A stretch of DNA of 64,000 nt, taken from Octopus vulgaris (taxonomy: Eukaryota). This document shows, in pieces, positions 1-11,834 of the stretch. The notes beneath the pieces were generated by a model. The model saw only the letters and a program-made list of their open reading frames with translations, had not been told where the DNA came from and did no database searches. The position numbers and the translations under genes were made by a program. Positions within the stretch are counted from its first letter, which is position 1, and every line of letters starts with the position of its first letter. Location: positions 5,952,001-6,016,000 of the forward strand of contig OX597827.1 of the NCBI GenBank assembly GCA_951406725.2, in the 5' to 3' direction.

Positions 1-191
1 CCCTCTGTTTCAGATTTTAAGCCAGAGGCCATTAGCCATTGATGGGTCAGGGCTTTGTCGATATCTGCATTATTCGCTCTCTTTGGGTATTTGCCATAGA
101 GAGGTTTTTCTTGCCATTTATTATTCAGAATATCTAAGGCCGCAGTTTTGGCACGGGTTTTCATGCGCCTAGCTTTTTCTGTGCTTGTTTC
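1..191 (-). mobile_element. R4/Dong-clade non-LTR retrotransposon, 5'-truncated, continues past the window edge
   Basis: Minus strand reads ...NKWQEKPLYGKYPKRANNADIDKALTHQWLMASGLKSETEG, typical of the R4/Dong post-RT region; abuts a (TAA)n tract. Confidence 0.85.
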
Positions 192-292
192 TTATTATTA
201 TTATTATTATTATTATTTTTATTTTTATTTTTATTATTATTATTATTATTATTATTGTTATTATTATTATTATCATTATTATTATTATTATT

Positions 293-952
293 GGGCATTG
301 CTGACTTGTGGGGTTATGTTGAATAACCACTGTCACATGTGGGATGGATCCGTCTGTCGGCCAAGTCTGTAGTGATGATTGCACTGCCATTCAATCAGGC
401 AGGCAAAGCAGTTTTCCTTTACCTGGTGGCCGTGGTGAAAGAAGTTGTTTTGTGGACAAAAGCTGAAAGGCACAAAAGACAGATACATTCCTCTTTGGTA
501 GAGCTTTCCTTGATTTCTTCAAGTTTCACTCGAAAAGAAAACTATGAGTGGAGAGGGGAATACTGTCCTCAAGTGAGTTTATTGAAAAGTGAGTGAAAGT
601 TGGAAAAATGGCAAGAGTGGATGCTACCTCTCTGAGTGTAGACTTGTGAGTAAGAGAGCAGGAAATGGAGAGGGCACTTGCTCTTAGGATTTCAGGGAAA
701 TCTTCGACAGGGGTTCCTTGATTATCCCTAGAGGCCTTCCTGTATCAGGAGGTTCACATCTCTATCATCCTACCCACCAATATGTTTTTCTTTACCTTTG
801 TATGCTAAGCATATGTCTCTTCTTTTTCAGGGCATACCATGTATGCTTACTTTTTATTTGTTGTATCCTTTCATTATAAGTAAACTTCCACCCTTTATGT
901 CTGTCTTTGTATGTCCACCTCATCCTTCATGCTTGTGGCAAATAAATGAAAT
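293..952 (+). mobile_element. L1/Tx1-like LINE 3' end (degenerate ORF2 C-terminus plus 3' UTR)
   Basis: Reads IADLWGYVE*...AVFLYLVAVVKEVVLWT and, after a frameshift, FLDFFKFHSKRKL*VERGILSSSEFIEK*; ends in aataaatgaaat next to an (ATC)n tract. Confidence 0.55.
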
Positions 953-1047
953 CATCATCATCCTCATCATCATCATCCTCATCATCATCATCATCCTCAT
1001 CATCATCATCCTCATCATCATCATCATCCTCATCATCATCATCATCA

Positions 1048-1088
<41 letters not shown>

Positions 1089-1090
1089 GT
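951..1090. repeat. (ATC)n/(ATT)n compound microsatellite
   Basis: Directly visible. Confidence 0.95.
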
Positions 1091-1099
1091 CATTATAAT

Positions 1100-1314
1100 C
1101 TTTTCTGCTGTAGGCAGCACAAGGCTTGAAATTTTGAGGGGGAGGGCTAATCGATTACATTGACTCCAGTGCTCAACTGGTACTTATTTCCTTGACCCTG
1201 AGAGGAAGAAAGGCAAAGTCAGCCTCGGTGGAATCTGAACTCGAAATGTAAAGACAGACGAAATACTGCTAAGCATTTTGCCTTGCATGCTAACAATTCA
1301 GCCAGCTTGCTGAC

Positions 1315-1348
<34 letters not shown>

Positions 1349-1862
1349 TAATAATAATAATTTAAAAAATTATTATTATTATTATTACTATTATTATTAT
1401 TATCATCATTATTATTATTATTATTTCAATTTTTTTTGCCATAAGGTGGGGATGAATCAATTACATTGACCCCAGTGTTCAGCTGGTACTTAGTTTATCG
1501 ACCCCGAGAGTATGAAAGGCAAAGTTGACCTTGGTGGAATTTGAACTCAGAACATTGCAGCAGACAAAATACTGCTGAGCATTTCGCCTGACATGCTAAC
1601 GATTCTGCCAGAAAAACCACCTTCAAATCATCATAATAATAACGACATTTTCAAATTTGGGTTCAAGGGCAACCATTTTGGGGGGAGGAGTTAAGTCAAT
1701 TACATCGACCCCAGTGTTTTACTGGTACTTAATTTATCGATCCCAAAAGGATGTAAGGCAAAGTCGACCTCGGTAAAATTTGAACTCAGAATGTAGCAGC
1801 AGACGAAATACGGCTAAGCATTTCACTTGGCATGCTAATGATTCTACCAGCTCACTACCTTC
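1100..1862 (-). mobile_element. Three head-to-tail copies of SINE family B (tail type 2) separated by (TAA)/(TTA) tracts
   Basis: Each carries the reverse complement of gagttcaaatt (B box) and ctttgcctttcatcc...gataaattaagtaccag; copies at about 1100-1315, 1440-1622 and 1650-1862. Confidence 0.85.
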
Positions 1863-1889
1863 AAACAATAATAATAATAACAATGATAA

Positions 1890-4800
1890 TGGAGCTTTTA
1901 GCAAAAGTGCCACATCTGGCAGATGTCCTGTGGAGCAGAGCAGGTCCAGGCATAATCAAGCTGAACATCATCAATGAAGGAGATTAAAATAGGTAAAAGG
2001 TAAAATAGGTAAAATTGTTGTTTGAATGTTTTATTAGACTGAGCCAGAGAAAAGATTAGTAGAGCTCTGGAAAAGATATTATCCATATGAAGAGCTGCAG
2101 GATGGGAATAGACAAAGATTGGCTGATCAGATTAGACAAGTTAAGACTAAAATGTAGTTAAAGATGATGGAACAAGAGAAGATTATAATGGAATTGAGAA
2201 AGAAACTGCAGGGAACTACTAGTCCAGAAGGAATACCCATAGAGTAGGAAAATCTAAAGGAGAATTCCATGGAGGGAGGGAATCTACAATATATAAAAGA
2301 CATTAAGGTACCTCCACTAGAGAGTCACTGGAAGAATTTAACCCAGAACTAGCTACTCTTTGTGACAGAATTCTAGAAGTAATGTTCCTTGAGGAAAGGA
2401 AAAGTTTACCATCATTGAAGTCATGTGATAGGGCGAAGCTAAGCTTAGAACTCAACAAAGGAAAATAAAGTTGTCATGAGAATTCCAATCAAGGATATCA
2501 CTGAGTTAAATTTCTTGATGTATGCCACTGTTCATGTCATCACAGAGAAGATGCGAGTGTTTAGAGAAAAGAATGTACAGAGAAACAAAGTACCATTCTG
2601 GGAAAGGAAAATAAAAAAAAGCATTGTCTGTGTGGTAAGTAGCTTGTTTACCAACCACATGATTCCGGGTTCAGTCCCACTGTGTGGCACCTTGGGCAAG
2701 CGTCTTCTACTATAGCCTCAGGCCGACCAAAGCCTTGTGAGTGGATTTGGTAGACGGAAACTGAAAGAAGCCCGTCGTATATATGTATATATATATGTGT
2801 GTGTGTGTGTGTGAGTTTGTATGTCTGTGTTTGTCCCCCCCAACATCGCTTGACAACCGATGCTGGCATGTTTATGTCCCCGTCACTTAGCGGTTTGGCA
2901 AAGAGACCGATAGAATAAGTACTGGGCTTACAAAAGAATAAGTCCCGGGGTCGAGTTGCTCGATTAAAGGCGGTGCTCCAGCATGGCCGCAGTCAACTGA
3001 CTGAAACAAGTAAAAGAGTAAAAGAGTAAAAAGAGTAATACCTGGTAAGATTGAGGAAGTAAGGAAAGGCAATATGAGGCTCAATGAAAGAGAATAGAAT
3101 TACATGAATAAGAAATACCTCCTTGATGTGGATAAGGGTGCTCCATTTATATCAGATATGTTAAGACAAAAGATCAAAGTGAGTGGAGCTAAAATCAAAA
3201 GATAAGTGAAAAGATGTCTACAGTTCAAAGAAAATCAAAAGCTGTTCAATGAGACTCATGATGGAGGCAATAAGGAAGTAACACTGTTGCCTCATCTCAA
3301 AGAATCAACTTCGTTTTGGAGCATGATCTGGTCCATGAATGTCAAACTCAACAACAGGGCACTCTGGCTCCATGATGTAGAAGAATTCAGAGTTATAGAA
3401 ATACAGGAGGACTCTGTCATCACATTGGAAGATATTCAAAATGGAGTTGGTATGATGTAAAACAAGAAGGAAGCTGGCCCAGACCTAGTTCAGGACTTGG
3501 TTCAAGGTTTTGATGAATTTACGTCCTAAATTACAAAACCCCCTGCAGGGCTGTGTACATCAAGGAATCATATCAGAATAGATAGCCAAAAGAAGAACTG
3601 TGTTGATTCAGAAGGACCCATCCAACTGTGTCATGGCCAGTAACTATTGTCTGATTATGTGTTTACCTATGATGTGGAAGCTTCTACCTCAAATGATAGG
3701 AAAGAAATTGTACGAACAACGTGAAAGAAATTAACTACTAGCAGATGGACAGAAAGGCTGCAGGAGGTGATCATGATGAACAATGGCTCAGGTGCCTATT
3801 CATAAGGCAGTTCTTAGGTACAGTTAAAGAAGTCTAACAAGCCTATCAATGGCTTGGATTGACTGTCAGAAGGTACATGATATGGTTTCTCACTTGTGAA
3901 TTCTGAAATACTTGGAATGGCTAAAAATATGATTATATGGAAATTGAAAGACAGTTCTGACTGCAGGTGGAAGAAAAATTAGGCAAGTTGACATCAAGAG
4001 AGGTATCTTTCAAGGAGACTTGGTGTCATCTTTACTGTTTATTGTTTGTATGTTCTGAGAAAGATAGGAGCTAGTTACAAACTGCGGAAAAACATGAGAC
4101 CAATAAATTACCTGCAGTTTATGGATAATTTGAAGCTTTATGGAACTAGCAGAGGGAAGTTAGATTCACTTAATATTTTTTCATGACATCTAGATGGCAT
4201 TTGATATAGAGAAATGTGCTGTTATTGAATTGAGGAGAAGGCAAAACGTAGACAGCAGTGGCATACAACTTCCAGATGATGAGCAGATAAGGGAAGTGAA
4301 TGGAGAGGGTTACAAGTACCTTGGTTACAATAAGGTCAAATGATGAAATCAAAATGAAGAAGAAAAGCTATGTAGATCTAAGCTAAAAAGAAGGAACCTG
4401 GTTAGAGGAATCACTAGATGGGCTCCATGTATGATACTTTACTACGTAGAAGTTGTAGAATAAACAAAGAAAAACTTGTCAACATGGGTAGAAAAACCAG
4501 AAAGGTAATGACAATGCACAGGTGACTTCATGCTAGGAGTAAAATAGCAAGGAGTTCAAGTCCTTGCATGCCTAACTGAGAAGTAGTGATGAAAGAATCT
4601 TGCAGGCTGTGCTGAGAAGCTGATTAGTGACAATGGTGAGACCCTCCTGGAGCACAATATGAGGACTAATAAACAAAACTGATCTAATGGAAAGAGAAAG
4701 TCCTACACAGAGAGTTTTTCCAACGAATATTGGATGAAGCTGATGAAGAATTCTGCAGATGGTTTAAGACATGTTCTTTTTAAAAGAAGGGGACAGAAGG

Positions 4801-5460
4801 ACTGATTCTTGCATTTCAAGAACAAACTTTACAAACCAATTCAGTCAAGTGTAGCAGTAGTATGGCCACAGTATAGACTATGGAAAATCATCTGGGACAG
4901 TTAGACATATAATTAGTGGCCCAAAAGGAGTTTTAAAAAAATAAACGCTATGACAAAGTAGCAGTGCTAATACACTGGGAGTTGTGCAAGAAGTATGGAC
5001 TAGAATGTTCCAAAAGGTGGTATGGACATCAGCCTTTGCCAGCAGCAGAGAATGATCAGGTGAGACTCACATGGAATATACAAATATACACAGACAAAAA
5101 GCTGCAACATAAATGAGCAGATATCACTTTCCTCCCAAAGGAGTCCAAAGAATGGACCTTCATCAACGTAGCTATACCAAAAGACCAGAATATTGTGAAG
5201 ACAGCGGACAAGAAAGTTAGAAAATACCAAAACCTAGGATTGGAAGTGAAAAAAAATCTAAAGAACCTCAAAATTGACAGTGGTATCTGTTGTGATCGGT
5301 GCACTTGGGATTATCTCAAAGAGAGCAATATTCTGGCATCGAAAGCTGCCAGAATACCAACCTTCATAGGAAATATCCAGTTGACAGCAATACTTGGTAC
5401 AGCTCATGTGTCAAGAAAAGAGTTTCATCTCAAAGTTGTGGAATGGAACTGAGACAAGAC
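1890..5460 (+). mobile_element. Near full-length, heavily decayed R4/Dong LINE, interrupted by a SINE at about 2628-3040
   Basis: Ordered motifs: QRLADQIRQ (~2110), KGCRR (~3755), WIDCQKVHDMVSH (~3855), IKRGIFQGDL (~3995), YLQFMDNLKLY (~4110), KKGTEGLILAFQEQ, YDKVAVLIHWELCKKYG, RLE region ending AILGTAHV; many stops and frameshifts. Confidence 0.9.
2628..3040 (+). mobile_element. SINE family A (tRNA-like head, CORE-like segment, internal (TA)n(TG)n, (AAAAGAGT)n tail)
   Basis: gggttcagtccc B box, ccttgggcaag CORE-like motif, tail ggcggtgctccagcatggccgcagtc...tgactgaaacaagtaaaagagt. Confidence 0.9.
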
Positions 5461-5499
5461 ATAAATAAATAAGGAGAAGTTAAGTGAATAAATGAATAA

Positions 5500-5830
5500 T
5501 AACCTTTTGTGCTATTGGCACAGAGCCTGACATCTTGAAGGAGGGGCAGCTCTAGTGTTAAACTGTTGCTTATATTTTATCAACCTCAAATAGATGAAAT
5601 TCTTCATTTTTTTTTTCATTGCTCACAAGGGGCTAAACAGAGAAGGGACAAACAAAGACAGACAAAGGGATTAAGTCAATTACATCGACCCCAGGGCATA
5701 ACTGGTACTTAATTTATCGACCCCGAAAGTATGAAAGGCGAAGTCGACATTGGCATTTCGCCCTGTGTGCTAAATATATGCTGTTAAGCATTTTTCAGGT
5801 GTGCTAACGATTCTGCTAGCTCCTTACCTT
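5500..5830 (-). mobile_element. SINE family B remnants (two adjacent pieces)
   Basis: Similar to other B copies: actggtacttaatttatcgaccccgaaag...aaaggcgaagtcgac. Confidence 0.7.
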
Positions 5831-6266
5831 CATGATGATGATGATGATAAGGAGGAGGAGGAGGAGGAGGATGAAGAAGTGGGAGGAGGGTGATTTCTAA
5901 TTAAGGCCCAAACACAATCATTTTTGATGTGGTCAACAGTATTGACTTCAGAATATGACTGGTACTTTATTTTATTTGACCATGTGGGGATGAAAGGTGG
6001 AGGTTGAGGTTGCTTCACTGGGAATAAAGAAACTTTGAAGAAGGAGACAGAAGGATTGGTCCTAGCTGTTCTGGATCAAGCAATGCACTACAGGTAGAAT
6101 GTTTGGTGCCAAAGTAAAAGATTGAAGGTAAACAAGAAAATTGCTGTAAAGCTGCACAAAAGTGGTTTCAGGTGTGGCATGAAGATCATCACATAACTTG
6201 TTTGACATGTGCATTGCATTTTTATTCTTCTCTTTCATTTTATGAATCCAGTGTGCACATGTATAT

Positions 6267-6727
6267 AGGTGCAGGAGTGGCTGTGTGGTAAGTAGCTTGC
6301 TAACCAACCACATGGTTCCAGGTTCAGTCCCACTGCGTGGCATCTTGGGCAAGTGTCTTCTGCTATAGCCCCGGGCCGACCAATGCCTTGTGAGTGGATT
6401 TGGTAGACGGAAACTGAAAGAAGCCTGTCGTATATATGTATATATATATATAAGTGTGTGTGTATATGTTTGTGTGTCTATGTTTGTCCCCCTAGCATTG
6501 CTTGACAACCGATGCTGGTGTGTTTATGTCCCCGTCACTTAGCGGTTCGGCAAAAGAGACCAATAGAATAAGTACTGGGCTTACAAAGAATAAGTCCCGG
6601 GGTCGATTTGCTTGACTAAAGGCGGTGCTCCAGCATGGCCACAGTCAAATGACTGAAACAAGTAAAAGAGTAAAAGAGTAAAAGAGTAAAAGAGTAAAAG
6701 AGTAAAAGAGTAAAAGAGTAAAAGAGT
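6267..6727 (+). mobile_element. SINE family A, full length
   Basis: Near-identical to other A copies; long (AAAAGAGT)n tail. Confidence 0.92.
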
Positions 6728-6769
6728 ATGTGCATTGCACATTCATACCTCTTTTTCCAAAATTTTTTC

Positions 6770-6983
6770 ATCATCATCATCATCGTTTAACGTCCGCTTT
6801 CCATGTTAGCATGGGTCGGACGATTTGACTGGGGCCTGGCGAACCAGATGGCTGCACCAGATGCCAGTCTGATCTAGCAGAGTTTCTACAGCTTGATGCC
6901 CTTCCTAATGCTGTAGAAACTCTGCCAGATTAGACTGGAGTCTGGTGCAGCCATCTGGTTCACCAGACCTCAGTCAAATCGTC
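6770..6983 (-). mobile_element. Repeat family D 3' part with an inverted duplication (long hairpin)
   Basis: catcatcgtttaacgtccg... tail as at 19965; arms 6819-6892 and 6910-6983 are imperfect reverse complements. Confidence 0.85.
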
Positions 6984-6999
6984 ACAGATCACAAGCATC

Positions 7000-7620
7000 T
7001 CATGAACCTGCAGTTGTGAGGAGCACTTCATACTCCAATGGTTGTAAAAACAATACTTATTAGATTTATAAGAACTGAAAATATGACAAAATTGCTACAA
7101 TTGTTGCTTAGTGGAGTCTACAAAAAACTTGGAAGCAAACACATGGGAAAATGGAAAAAACAATGTAAGAGAATGTCCTAAAATATATGTGAAGGAGGAG
7201 TAATGGAAGGTGAAAATTCAAACAGATCGGCAAATAGAGCATTCATGTCCAGACATTGCTGGACTCGGTAAAGAGGACAGAGTGTGTTGTTTCATTGATG
7301 CTGCTTATCTGTTAGATACAGTATTGGTAGACAAAGACTGACTAAGGAAAACAAAAGTACCGGGAGCTATGATATGAACATAAGAGAAATTGTAATTGCT
7401 GGAAAGTTGTCAATATCCCATTTGTAATAAGTGCCTTCAGAACAATTGCAAAATGCTTAAATGGTTGGTTGAGGATGTTAGGTATTGTCTTGAGTCTACA
7501 GGAAGCTTGTTTGCTTGATGTTTGCAAGACAAGTACTTGATACTTAAAGGTGAGGGGTGCAGCTTGATATCTAACAACCTAACACCAGCAACACAACAGT
7601 GAATTACTGTATGAATGGAA
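7000..7620 (+). mobile_element. Decayed R4/Dong LINE endonuclease-region fragment
   Basis: KIQTDRQIEHSCPDI...CCFIDAAY...VNIPFVISAF-like motifs of the restriction-like endonuclease region. Confidence 0.7.
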
Positions 7621-7800
7621 GGAAAACTACTGCTACTACTGCTGCTGCTGTTGCTGCTGCTACTGCTGTTGCTGCTGCTACTGCTGTTGCTGCTACAGAT
7701 GATGATGATGATGATGACAATAATGGGCCCAACTTGCAAGGTCATGTCCTGTTTATCCTGATATGAAGTCACCATATCACATACTATGGTTGTGATGCAT

Positions 7801-8033
7801 TAGGTGGCGAGCTGGCAGAATCGTTAGCATGCTGGGCGAAATGCGTAGCCATATTTCGTCTGCCGTTACGTTCTGAGTTCAAATTCCGCTGAGGTCGACT
7901 TTGCCTTTCATCCTTTCGGGGTCGATAAATTAAGTACCAGTTACGCACCGGGGTCGATGTAATCGACTTAATCCGTTTGTCTGTCCTTTTTTGTCCCCTC
8001 TGTGTTTAGCCCCTTGTGGGTAGTAAAGAAATA
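7801..8033 (+). mobile_element. SINE family B (tail type 1) with 13-bp target-site duplication
   Basis: TSD ggttgtgatgcat at 7788-7800 and 8034-8046; gagttcaaattcc B box. Confidence 0.93.
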
Positions 8034-8169
8034 GGTTGTGATGCATGTACCTTGTGTACCCTTATCAAACTGGTAGTCACGATGGGTATATTGAGTTTTG
8101 TATATTTGTACAAGCATCACTTTGATCATGTGTGCTGCTCTCTCAATAATAATAATAATAATAATAATA

Positions 8170-8385
8170 ATCCTTTCTGCAATAGGTACAAGGTCTGAAA
8201 TTTTTGGGGTAGGGGCTAGGCAATTACATCAACCCCAGTGCATAACTGGTACTTATTTCATTGACACCAGAAGGATGAAAGGCAAAGTTGACCTTACAGG
8301 AATTTGAACTGAAAACATAAGACAGGCGAAATACCACTAAGCACTTTACCCAGTGTGCTAATGATTCTGCCAGCTTGCCGCCTTC
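8170..8385 (-). mobile_element. SINE family B (tail type 2)
   Basis: Same head and central domain as other B copies; flanked by (TAA)n. Confidence 0.85.
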
Positions 8386-8427
8386 ATAATAATAATAATG
8401 ATGATGATGATAATAATAATAATAATA

Positions 8428-8512
<85 letters not shown>

Positions 8513-8515
8513 ATA

Positions 8516-8719
8516 ACAAATACATAACAAAAACACCAGGACTTACAAACACATATAACATACAGAAAATTGCACTACTAGGCACTGCACACATCCTACG
8601 CAGAACACTTTCCATACAATAACCATCAGAGCATCACAACAAATCACAGCACATACCCAAGGCACACAGAGCTGCGCTCGGTAGTGAAGTGAAAGCACGC
8701 TATAAAAATAAAACTACTG
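8516..8719 (+). mobile_element. Short 5'-truncated Dong-like LINE 3' end in (TAA)n
   Basis: KYITKTPGLTNTYNIQKIALLGTAHILRRTLS plus 3' UTR; about 3 differences from the copy ending at 9892. Confidence 0.92.
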
Positions 8720-8749
8720 AATAATAATAATAATGATAATAATAATAAT

Positions 8750-9215
8750 AGGCAGCAAGGTGGCAGAAACGTTAGCACGCCGGGTGAAATGCATAACTGT
8801 ATTTCATCTGCCGTTACGTTCTGAGTTCAAATTCCACCGAGGTCGACTTTGCCTTTCATCCTTTCGTGGTCGATAAATTAAGTACCAGTTATGTACTGGG
8901 GTCGATATAATCGACTTAATGCATTTGTCTGTCCTTGTTTATCCTCTCTGTGTTTAGCCCCTTGTGGGTAGTAAAGAAATAAAAATAATAATAATAATCC
9001 TTTCTCATGGAGGCACAAGGCCTCAAATTTGTGAGGAGGGTACTAGTCAATTACATCGACCCCCCAGTGTTTCACTGGTACTTAATTTATCGATCCCCAA
9101 AAGGATGCAAGGTAATGTCGACCTTGGTGGAATTTGAACTCAGAACTTAGTGACAGATGAAATGCTGCTAAGCATTTTGTAACAGCATGATAACGATTCT
9201 GTCAACCTACAGCCT
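8750..9215. mobile_element. Two SINE B copies in opposite orientation (+ 8750-8985, - 8997-9215)
   Basis: Family B motifs on both strands. Confidence 0.85.
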
Positions 9216-9234
9216 TAATGGTAATAATAGCAAT

Positions 9235-9318
<84 letters not shown>

Positions 9319-9320
<2 letters not shown>

Positions 9321-9892
9321 CAGAGTTGGAACCTACATACATTGGAAGCTATGCCAACATTATGGAATAACAACAGAAAAAAGATGGTAGAGGCACACAC
9401 CAGAAAAGGTCACAGAAAACGAGAAAGCAACCATACTCTGGGATATGCCGATACACACAGATAGAGAAATTAAGGCCAACAGACCAGATATAGTTGTCAG
9501 AGATCATGAAGGAAAAAAATGCTTTCTGATTGATGTATCAATACCGGCTGATGACGTGTCTCTAAAAGAAATGGAGAAACTCTCAAAATACAAAGACCTG
9601 AAAATAGAGGTAACTAGAATGTGGAATCTGAAAACAGAAACAATTCCTATCATAATAGGTGCATTAGGCATGATTAAAAAATATTCAGACAAATACATAA
9701 CAAAAACACCAGGACTTACAAACACATATAACATACAGAAAATTGCACTACTAGGCACTGCACACATCCTACGCAGAACACTTTCCATACGATAACCATC
9801 AGAGCATCACAACAAATCACAGCACATACCCAAGGCACACAGAGCTGTGCTCGGTAGTGAAGTGAAAGCACGCTATAAAAATAAAACTACCG
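9319..9892 (+). mobile_element. 5'-truncated Dong-like LINE with restriction-like endonuclease domain, in (TAA)n
   Basis: DRVGTYIHWKLCQHYG...W*RHTPEKVTENEKATILWDMPIHTDREIKANRPDIVV...LIDVSIP...KLSKYKDL; one stop; (TAA)n on both sides. Confidence 0.95.
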
Positions 9893-10422
9893 AATAATAA
9901 TAATAAATATAGTTAGAATGCTTAATGGCAGGTCTGCCATCTGCCTGATCCAAGCACAAATATCATTTTAGTTGACTTTGCCTTTCCACTTTTCAAAGTT
10001 GAGAAAATAGCTATCGGTCAAGAACTGGGGGTCAACGTAATAAACCAGCCCCCTCCTCCAAAATGTCAAGCCTTGTGCTTATAGTAGAAAAAAAAATTAC
10101 AACGAAAGTACTCCTGTGGTCCATTCAGTTCTAAGGTGTGTTTTGCTGCAACAAATATTACTAGCAGATCACCAATATCAAATTTTGTTATCTGTGCTGT
10201 CTTCTACTGGGCACAGTTCTGGCATTGGTCTGTGGCTTTAGGGAGTCATTAAGACTTTCAAGACCATTTTGATGACTTCTGACCCCAAGTCAGCTTTCAT
10301 TAAACTTACCTTCACCATTCTCCCTTACTGTGGCATAAATGTCTCTACTAGTCATCAGTCAACATAGTGTTCAATGTTTCTTATTGCGATTGTTGTGTTT
10401 CTTTGATACCTGTATTGATGTC

Positions 10423-10649
10423 GGCGAGCTGGCAGAAACGTTAGCATGCCAGGCAAAATGCTTAGCGGTATTTCGTCTGCATTACGTTGTGAGTTCAAAT
10501 TCCGCCAAGGTCGACTTAGCCTTTCATCCTTTTGGGTTCGATAAATTAAGTACCAGTTACACACTGGGGTCGATGTAATCGACTTAATACCTATGTCTGT
10601 CCTTGTTTTTCCCCTCTGTGTTTAGCCCCTTGTGGGTAAAAAAGAAATA
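10423..10649 (+). mobile_element. SINE family B (tail type 1) with 12-bp TSD
   Basis: TSD tgtattgatgtc at 10411-10422 and 10650-10661. Confidence 0.93.
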
Positions 10650-11105
10650 TGTATTGATGTCCAAATGTTTAGTCAGAACTTATTCAGACAAATTTCGCAT
10701 GTGTTTTGGTTGTATTTTCAGTTAAAGGAGTACAAAAAAACTCTGCTTTTACCTTTTCCTAATATACCTTGGAGGGCTTGTTGTACTTCTTGAAATGACA
10801 AGAAATTTAATCTGTTTCTTTCTTTGTGTAAGTAGAGATATATAATTTTGTCCTTTTCAATTCCTGGATTAGCTTCTACAGCTAAGAAGCCTTGTTGGTT
10901 TTTGCAAAATTTTTCAAATAACAACTTTTTCTCTTGTAACGCAAAAAGTTAAAAGATTCTCTCTGTTCATTTAGTGTCGAAGGAAATGAACAAAGCCACA
11001 ATATTTAACTTTGTGTCATAGTTGCTATTGGTGTTGTTACGCTTACTGTCTTTAAAGTAACTTACTTGAGTATTTGAGATATTTTTCTTCTTAAAATGTT
11101 CACAT

Positions 11106-11277
11106 AGGCGCAGGAGTGGCTGTGTGGTAAGTAGCTTGCTAACCAACCACATGGTTCCGGGTTCAGTCCCACTGCGTGGCATCTTGGGCAAGTGTCTTCT
11201 GCTATAGCCCCGGGCCGACCAATGCCTTGTGAGTGGATTTGGTAGACGGAAACTGAAAGAAGCCTGTCGTATATATG

Positions 11278-11308
<31 letters not shown>

Positions 11309-11530
11309 TTGTGTGTCTGTGTTTGTCCCCCTAGCATTGCTTGACAACAGATGCTGGTGTGTTTACGTCCCTGTTACTTAGCGGTTCGGCAAAGGAGACC
11401 GATAGAATAAGTACTGGGCTTACAAAGAATAAGTCCCTGGGTCAATTTGCTCTACTAAAGGCGGTGCTTTAGCATGGCCGCAGTCAAATGACTGAAACAA
11501 GTAAAAGAGTAGAAAAGAGTAGAAAGAGTA
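11106..11530 (+). mobile_element. SINE family A, full length
   Basis: Near-identical to 6267-6727. Confidence 0.92.
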
Positions 11531-11834
11531 TACTGCTAATGTGAGGGTGGATCGTTGAATTGTTAGAGTGTTGCACTCATGATCATGAGATTGTGGTTTC
11601 AATTTCTGGACCAGGTAGTGTGTTGTATTCTTGTGCAAAACAGTTCACTTACATTGCTCTGCAATCACTTCAACACCTGTCGTGTGGTACAGGTATATAT
11701 GCCAGAATTTTCTCAAGTTTGAACTGTGAATTTGTTTCTGCTATTTACATTCCAATGATGGAGCTTTGTATCTCTCTTAGAAATCAACTTCTTCCTTACA
11801 AGAAGATCTCAAACAGTTAAAACTAGAAGACAGC

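Noticed and set aside
6062-6508. Recurrent ORF RQASFSFRLPNPLTR...TTQPLL at many loci
   Set aside because: It is the antisense translation of SINE family A
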